Part shown: positions 23,338-31,351 of the stretch, piece by piece
Layout of the letters: each line of letters opens with the position of its first letter
Position numbering within the stretch: position 1 is the stretch's first letter
From: Geosiphon pyriformis uo1
Taxonomy: Eukaryota; Fungi; Glomeromycota
Direction: 5' to 3'
Assembly: GCA_016748015.1 (NCBI GenBank)
Contig: JAAOMT010000774.1
Span: 1 to 31,351 of the forward strand
DNA length: 31,351 bases
Notes under the pieces: model-generated
Told to the model about the DNA's origin: nothing
The model's input: the letters and a program-made list of their open reading frames with translations, nothing else
Databases searched by the model: none
Position numbers and translations under genes: made by a program

Positions 23338-24165
23338 TGTTACAGGTGACAAATTCTGGTGTTGAATTAAACACAAACCCATAACTTGGTGCTCAAAGCT
23401 ATTCTCATTGTCAATGATCTAAAGGTTTTGTATCTGAAGAGTTTGGTTGAGTTTTTTGTATAATGAACAGAGATTCAATGGTGATAGTTTTTTCCATAGC
23501 TTCCCAAAACCGCAGTTTCGTCAATTTTTTTCTCAGCTTGATGGCTGGTATTCCTCCTGGTAAGCTATCCTTAATTGAGTATTCTACCCTTATTTCTGGG
23601 TCTTTTACCAGTCATGTTTATCCTGATGTTAGTGCCCTGCACATTAATCCTTAATAGAGTTAGTAAACAACAACAAAATCAAAGCAAAAAAATAAAAAAA
23701 ATAAAATAAAATAAAAGAAAAAAAAAAAAAAAATAAAGAAAAAAAAAAAATAAGCCAAGATGATTTGCAAGTTAGTATTCCATCAATAGCTGTGATCAAA
23801 AGCTATTGTTCCAGTATGGTTAAGTATCAATTACTATCAACATGAAGTGTTGATAATGAAAAGTAGATTGAGATATGAAATAATTATTTATTTGATGATT
23901 GTGATTTGAAGAGTTGCTTAAATTAAATCTAAACAGAGAGGTCTGTCTTTTCAGCTTCTAATCCTGCTGCTATATATACATAATTGAGATTCCTTAATTC
24001 CTCGATTTTTTATGACAGGAATCCTGTGATTCCTTGTTGGAGAATCCTGAAATTCTTGAAATCCTACAATTCCTGAGAGGAATCCTGGATTTCCACATTT
24101 ACTATACCTACTTCTAATTGGCTAATAATCATGCTAATATATTTTCTATATTTCTATAAGTAACA
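23338..24165 (-). repeat. Element B 5' LTR (828 bp)
   Basis: TGTTAC..GTAACA inverted termini, followed on - by the PBS. Confidence 0.96.
23971..23978 (-). promoter_or_regulatory. Putative LTR TATA box
   Basis: TATATATA just downstream (on -) of the U3 repeat array. It sits at the same position in the 3' LTR (~14672) and the solo LTR (~5536). Confidence 0.5.
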
Positions 24166-27100
24166 ACAAGGAGGAAGAAACCAATCCGAGAGAGTCGCAG
24201 CATCAACAATGCTATTGGCTTGATCATTCCCCAACACACTAGAGTGACCCTTAATTTTGTGCCAGCTAACCCTTAAATTCTTACTGTGTATAACATTCCT
24301 AATATGCTGGTGCTTGACCCAATATCGATTGCAAAAGTCAGGACACACCAAGTCAACCTTTGATATGCAAGCATCTAAGACTGCCTGACTATCTGAAAAC
24401 AGACAAATAGAATGAGCCACAGGTATGCACTCCAAAGCCAATACAACAGTCTGCAATTCTACCAAAGTAGACAACACCAAACCCCAAACACTGATACCCA
24501 AACCCAAGTTAACATCTTCAAAAAAGGCAGCAGCCCTAGTCCTACAACCAGTCGTGCCCAAATTTTTCAACGACCCATCTGTATACACAGACAAACTATT
24601 AGCGCCAACCCGAAAAAAATAATCACATACAGACACAAAATCATTAGAACCACAAATGTTCACAGGACCAACACCAACTGAGACTGAAGGAGAAAAACAG
24701 GAAGCTACAAGAAACTCGACTGAATGTACAAACCACTCAGGAACCAGACCATGAGGATCCAGCCTTTTCTACTTCTTAAAGGTGAGCCAGCTAAAAACAT
24801 CACCACAACAATCCCGAAGCTGGTCCACGAAGGCAATGCTATAATGCCAAAGGGACAGCAAAAACTTGAAAAACAAAGATTCACCAAGAATAACAGACAT
24901 AGGAACCCCACTGTAAAACCAGAAAGCACTGGCCAAAGAACCATCCAAAGACAGCTTGCAGTCAAGAAGAATAGAAACTATACCAGCCAAGAAATTATTA
25001 GAAACACTGACACGAATACAAGTAGGAGAGATCAATGGATAGATCGGCCACCAACATAGAACTTGCAAGTCATGAGACCTGTGACTGAACAAACACCCCA
25101 AAATCCCACTAGAGTTTGCAAAACTAATAAGCGAAGCAACCTTACTCTCAGACTGACACTGCAAAAAGAACTTTAGACCATAAAAAGAGGGATGATGAAT
25201 TGTATCACTAAGAAAATCCAGCAGAAGACCAGATTTAAGTTTTAAGCTCTTGCAAATCAGAGCATCTTATTTGTTGCACATACCAACAGGAACAAAGCTG
25301 AACTGCATCCTATAGCTAATTATAGGATGGAGAACTGCTAACACCAGATACAAAAATTGCTTATCTGAAACCATTTTTCTCAGGACCAAATTGGTGAAAA
25401 AACAAACATTTGAATTCGTCTTAGCCAAACTAGGCTTTGAAAGACCCTCAGTTGAGAAAAAAATACCCAAGTATTGATGAGATTCACCCTTATTGACGAT
25501 GGAGATCGGTGAGCCACTGATAGATAGAAAAGGATTACTGATCCTGTTATTGATGAGAATGACCACTATCTTGTTATTATTGATCGAAATGTTATTAATT
25601 TGAAAGAAATTACTAGCTACATTGAGGATGTGCTGAGTAGCATTTTGACTGCTGCCAATCCAGATTGTATTATTAACAAAAGCACCAGTAGCAAAAAAGA
25701 AGAGAGCCCAGCCTGAGAATTGGTATGACCACTTTTGGAAACAAAATGAAAACTCAACCTATACCCACACACACTTTCCTGATGCTTGACTTCACACAAC
25801 AGAGGATTATAAAATATATGCCACAGAAGGAGAGAAAAAACCTCTCTTTGGTCCAGGCTATCGTGCATGTGATAGCCATCTGTCAAACCAAAATTTGTTA
25901 TCACATGGTTGATGCAATTCTTATAAATACTGCCAAAAAACCAAATAAATTTGCTGCACATCTTAATCCTGACCAAACTCTTTTCGAGGTGCTCCCAGCC
26001 AACCAAATCATAAGCTTTTTGCATGTTCTGTAAAACCAACCAAAGCTTACAATTCTTCTCCAGAGTGTCTTCAATAACTGAACCAATAGCAAAAATAGGC
26101 GACTGAGTCATCGTACCCTTTAAAACTGAAAAATTGTCACCGCGTAAGACATCATGAGAGCTGCAAGCCAGAGAGATTCTATCCAAAAGAATCTTGGAGA
26201 GAATTTTGCAAGCTGTTTTGATCAACACAATAGGATGAGTGTTTGTGAAAACACTCTCCCACTCATAGGGCTTGGGAATCATCGAAACCCAAGCTTTGTT
26301 CCAAGGACCAGGTACTGATTCACAAGACAGACAAGAATTCAGCAGGACTAGAAGCAAACCCAAAACTGACTCATCACAATGTTTTCATAGCTTATTAGAG
26401 ATACCTGAAAGACCAGTGGCTTTTTTATCAGGCAGATCAGAGACCACACAATGCAACTCACCAAAATCAATTACACACATCATCTCTGAAAAGGCCTCAT
26501 TAAAAATGTAGTCCAAAGATCAATACTGATGAGACCAAATATCAGAGACATCATCGACTACCACATGCTTCCTAGTCCATTCTTCCATAATATCATCTAC
26601 TTTAGATTTCACCAAATCAGGCTCAAGAACCAACTCATTACCCATGACTAAATGATTCAAAACCATCTTGCAAAGGGGTCGTTCTAGCATACTTCTGATA
26701 GTGTAACCTTTATCCACCTCAAAACTCTCGATTCTCTTATTAATAGTAGACTTGATGTTTGCTTCCTTAGCTCTTAAAGACTCAGTGAGCTTGAATGCAT
26801 GATAATACCTCCTAGCACTAAAAAGAGCAGAACAAACACCATTAGCGCCAGCATCAGAGTTCACCACACTTTGCACAACTGAAGTCCTATCATCGTCCAA
26901 AGAAACCCAATATTCTATGAAAGACTCAAATTTTGCAACACATTCTTCTCGTGAGGCCTTGAGAATTTTGGAAACCAAAAGCTCCAATTTGTGAAATCTC
27001 GAAAATACTTTGGTAAAAACATTATCGAAGTTCTTGAACCACTTTTTCTTAAACACTTCACTAGCTGAGAGAACCAATATCTTGCGAACAACATCCCACA

Positions 27101-27983
27101 TAGCATCCAAGTCTGAAAACCTCACAAAAGTGGCAAACTCATCTGAGAACATTGTAGCATTAGCCAACGTGGCATCTCTAAAATTGTTCCATCTAATCTC
27201 ATCAGGGCCCTTAAAATTGAACTTCCAATAATCTTTATTTGCCTGTTTGTGAAGAGAGTTCAACTGCGCATCCAAAAGCCCACCCAAGCCTATGGACACA
27301 GAGACAGCCCAGTAATCTGTGTCATAATGTTCACCAACTTCCAAAACATTACAATACATGATCGCATTAACCAGACATAAGGAAACAAACACAAAATCAA
27401 TTGTTTTCTTCACATCCCTTGAATTTTCCCAAGTAGGACTTTTTACAACTGGACTACCCATCAGAGAGTTTACTAGCCCCAAATTGAGGCACTTCGTAAA
27501 ACTCACGCTTTTACACAAACCATCTTTATTGAAATTACCCCCAAGAATAATGAAAGAAGATTTATTAACAGCCTTAGTGATGAGAGAGTTAACCTCCCCA
27601 GCCTGAGAGAACCAAACCACCAACAAAGCACTTGTATAAAGCCCCAAAACCAATACCAAAAGTTTATTCTTGAATAGCAGCTTGATAGATAGGAGCCAAC
27701 CAAACACCTCAGAAACCTTGTACACATGTCTCACCAAAGAAGAATTCACGACAATCACAACACCAGCATCCAGATAACCAGAATCCAAGCCAGAGATAAA
27801 CACTCTTACACCATCAAATTTGTTGACAATCCAGATGTGAACTCTTTCCTTTAACTTTGTTTCCATAAAAATTGAAATCAAATTGTTCATGTCATTGTGC
27901 CAACAAATGATGTTATCCTGTTTTGCAGGATTGTTCATACCCCTAACATTGCAAGTAACAATTTTCCAAACCAGACCACTCAT
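24166..27983 (-). pseudogene. LINE L ORF2, 5' part: APE endonuclease, reverse transcriptase, RNase H
   Basis: APE: TCNVRG, ETKL, GGNFN (from GDFN), IDFVFVS, TDY. RT: QREVFSLLLW and GAFVNNTIW (from FVDD), with one frameshift near 25695. RNase H: YTDGS, ELQ, SDSQ, KGHS..GN. Confidence 0.93.
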
Positions 27984-29926
27984 TGAGATGAAAGGATAGA
28001 TGATGAACCCAACTTAGAGCGCAAAAAATCCAATCTAGCCAAAACTGTACCAACTGTTGCATCCAAAGCCATCATTTTTAATTCCAAACCACCAACTTTG
28101 GCAGTCAGGATTTTTGAACTATTAGAACCAAAATCAGAAGCTGCATTGTTTATCACTGTGACAAGAGAAAAAGAAGAAACCTGTGGAGCATCCAACACCA
28201 TGTTCGAATCTGCACTCAAATCCAGAAGAGCAAAGACGACAGGAGGGGAAGCTAGTAAAGCAAGGGGCAAAGGCACCAATTCAACAGAGCTTAACCTTTT
28301 CAAGATGTCAGAAACCTGGTCAGCCAAGAGTTCTAAAGAGTGTTTCAAGGATGCCAAGTGATCATTTAGACCTGTGACTATGAGAGAGTCAGAACCTATT
28401 GATAGAATTTTAACATCCAGAGACAACTTCGTACCAGAAACAACCAAAAAAACCACACGAGAAAGAGATCCACCAGCTACCTGAGCCCAAGTTTTACCAC
28501 CAAAAGAAACTGGACGAGCAATTGGCGCCTGCCTTCTTTTATAAATGCTAGCCAAATGGGCCTGATCTTGAGGGGTAATCACACGTTTATCATGTCTCTC
28601 AGAATTCCCACCCACAGAGCACATATTTGAAACATGACCGAAATGTTTACACATAGCACAACAGGCTAGAGAAAGACCAGCCCAATGCAAACTCACACCC
28701 TTAAAGATTGGAACTGAACTAATTGCAGCCAATTTGGAAGCTTTATTAGCAAAACAAATGACAGCACACCTATCTCAAACATACATAACCGGATTATGGC
28801 CAATAACACAAATCTTCCCACCATACAAATCCAACAGACCAGAAAGATCATGAGCAGTGGTGCCAACTGGAAGAGTATAAAGCAAAGCCCAATGTTGATC
28901 TCTTGATACCCACGTTTGTTTATCACCAATTGTCAAAGCCACATGCACTGAATCTTTTTCCATGAGAACCGACCACTTGGATGCAACCAGACTGATTACT
29001 TCAGATAATTTGAATTCAACCAGGGCTTTTTGCCAAAGACCAATCAGCTGCATCTTGATGGACACAATCTTACCAAATTTAGAAAATACTGATTCCACTA
29101 CCAATCTGAAAAGATCTACTGAGATCTTCTTAACGATCACCTCTCAATCTAAATGGCTGTTTGCTTTTTTAACATCATCATTAACCAAGATTTTCTCACT
29201 GACTACCACTTCCCTTGCCTTTATCAAGCTTTTCTCAGAAGTAAAAGAAGATCTGATGATCCCAGAAAATTTCAAGGAAGTGAAAACTCCTCCAAAACCA
29301 TCAATTTGATAGAAGATTTTTTTTACTGAAATTAACTTGTCACTAACTAATTTGTCAGGCACTGCAGAAAGCTCAATATCAAGTGCAAAAGACTTTGTTG
29401 AATCAAAACTTCGCATTTCCAGAGCACATGACATGAGTGGCAGCAATTGATTGAAACCACTAAGCATGTGAGGAGGGAGCTCCAGCACACTATTGTCATT
29501 ACTCACATTGTTGAAAAGAGGTTGCTTCATTGGGTTGCTTAGAGCATATGTTCTGGTATGTGTTTTCTTCGGTGTAGCTTCGTCCATGTCGTCATTTTTA
29601 CCAGATTCTGCATAGCTTGTTTCTTTAGTAACCAAGTTCGTCATATTTTCTGCATCCGAAAGACCACTCACACTGTTCGTTACACTACCAACATTGCTAC
29701 CCCAGGACACCACAGGTTTGACACCAGCTTCACCCAAATTTTCCAAGCTAAGAGGACTAGCAGACGTATTAATCACATCACCAATAGCAGCAGGCTTCTT
29801 AAGTTTCTTGTAGGATGTATCATGCAAGTAAGCACTCACCAAATGTTTAGATTTAACATCAGAATGAGTTTCCAAACCCACCGAAACAAAACCTGAACCA
29901 CCAGCAGAAGAGCCTATTGGTTCCAT
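27980..29926 (-). pseudogene. LINE L ORF1 (RRM-like domains, CCHC knuckle), 649 codons with point stops
   Basis: Pieces 29144-29926, 28775-29140 and 27980-28732 share one frame, with VFSKFGKIVSIK and CAMCKHFGHVSNMC. The stop overlaps the ORF2 start (ATGA). Confidence 0.88.
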
Positions 29927-31351
29927 ATTAACAAAAAGAGGTGTACTAAGAGAAATAACTTTAAGATGAAAGGGGAAAAAGAAAAAAAGAGAAAGCTATA
30001 CTATCAGTTTACTTCTTGCTCTTGCTGTGGTCAGGAGATCAATAAAAGAAAAAAGTTTTATTTCTAAATAGTTATAATAAATGTTTTAATTAAAAAAAAA
30101 TTGTTATTAAAAGCAATTGAATTTTAAGAGCTTTGTTTTTTTTGGTTTTTATTAATTTTAGATTTTTTATTATCAATAATTTGGTTAAAAATTATTTGCA
30201 ATTTTTTTAACTGTTATTTAAAATAAGTATATTAGATATAAATAATTTAGATATTGTTTATTTTAATTTAAAAAACTTATGTTTGCTTAAAATTACAATT
30301 TTTACAAATAACTTAATTAAAAATTTTGGTTTATTTAATATTATTAATAATATAACAGCTTATTTTTTTAATTTGGATATAGATATAAATATAAAAATTT
30401 ATAATTTACTATTTTTTATCTTAATTAAATTATAAGTTATAGTATTGGTTTTTAAGTATATTTTAATATCTATAGAATTACAATTTATTTAGATAATCAA
30501 ATAGTTTTAAATACTTGTTAAACAAAATTAAATTTAATTATGTTTAATTTTTATAATAGTTGTTAAATAAAACACTATTATATAGTTAATATGATTAATA
30601 ATAAAATATTTTATAAAAATAATTAAAGATAAAAAAATATTTTGGTATTTTTAATAATAAATAAACTAATAAATTAATAATCTAATCTATTTTTTTAGTT
30701 TAATACTACTGTTTAATATTAAAAAAAGTTTTTGGTTGTAAATAGCAATATTGTTTTTAGTAATATATATTACTTTAATTAATAAATAATAAAGTTTAAT
30801 GTATTTCATAAAAAATTTATTTTAATTTTAATATTTTAAATTATTTATATATTAATAATATTAATTAATATTTTGTTATTTTGGTTTAATACTTTGATTT
30901 ATACATAATTATTAAGTATATTAGCAAAAATACAACTAATTTATATATATATATAATAAAAATTTTATATAGAAAATTACTTATTATAATTTAAAAAAAA
31001 ACTTTATAATAAATATTATTTAAATGTTTTGTCTATATATTGTAATAAAATAAAGTTTTTTAATCATAGTTTTATATATAACTTAAATTTTTTGGTTTGT
31101 AGAAATTTTTTAAATAAATATTTTAATTTTTGAAAATTTTTAATTAATATAAATTTGTTAATATTTACTGTACTCTAATTTTTAAGTTTAAATTTCAATA
31201 ATATAAATTTGTATCTAGTTTTTAATCAAAAATTTTGTGTTTAAGTTTTAATTTATTAAAATTAAACCAGTTTTTGTAAATATTAAGTTGGCTATTTTTT
31301 GTTTAATTGATTTTGTATATAAATTAATTATAAGTCACAAAAATAGAATTT

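Larger units (their letters stand above)
14064..24165 (-). mobile_element. Full-length Ty3/Gypsy LTR retrotransposon with dUTPase (element B), 10.1 kb
   Basis: Two LTRs with TGTTAC..(G/A)TAACA ends, PBS, PPT and order gag-PR-dUTPase-RT-RNaseH-IN. The 4-bp TSD copies are ATGA (14060-14063) and ACAA (24166-24169). Confidence 0.97.
13066..30059 (-). mobile_element. Full-length RNase H-containing LINE (element L), ~6.9 kb net, interrupted by element B
   Basis: ORF1 + ORF2 (APE, RT, RNase H, CCHC), a 3' UTR, and AATAAA merging into an A tail (T run 13065-13074). Candidate 10-bp TSD ATTTCTAAAT at 13056-13065 and 30060-30069. Confidence 0.92.

Noticed and set aside
24166-27983. Assigning LINE L to a named clade (Tad1, I, L1/Tx1)
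   Set aside because: The APE-RT-RNase H architecture occurs in several clades. An RT phylogeny is needed.
10871-29896. Numerous + strand ORFs opposite H, B and L, including the 63-aa ORFs at 14186 and 23463
   Set aside because: They are antisense shadows of - strand frames with no recognisable motifs. The duplicated 63-aa ORF simply reflects LTR duplication.

Overview
This window is a gene-free, AT-rich nest of decayed retrotransposons. It looks eukaryotic; a fungal, probably Glomeromycotina-type host is my inference from element style, not something the sequence shows. No host gene, RNA gene or CRISPR array is visible. From left to right: (A) a heavily C>T/G>A-eroded Ty3/Gypsy element on + (~1730-9881), whose RT is interrupted by a solo LTR (5294-6258); (H) a ~2.3-kb poly(A)-tailed retroposon on - (~10405-12703) that encodes only a LINE ORF1-like protein but shares 5' and 3' terminal sequences with the neighbouring LINE; (L) a full-length LINE on - (13066-30059; ORF1, then ORF2 with APE-RT-RNase H-CCHC); and (B) a full-length Ty3/Gypsy element on - (14064-24165) inserted into L's ORF2. 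B has two LTRs, a PBS, a PPT and one 8.3-kb gag-pol frame that carries a Cys-rich insert, a dUTPase and a ~270-codon post-integrase extension. All coding regions are pseudogenised, mostly by point transitions. The most notable observation is the ORF1-only ('half-LINE', HAL1-like) element lying head-to-tail with a candidate autonomous partner LINE.
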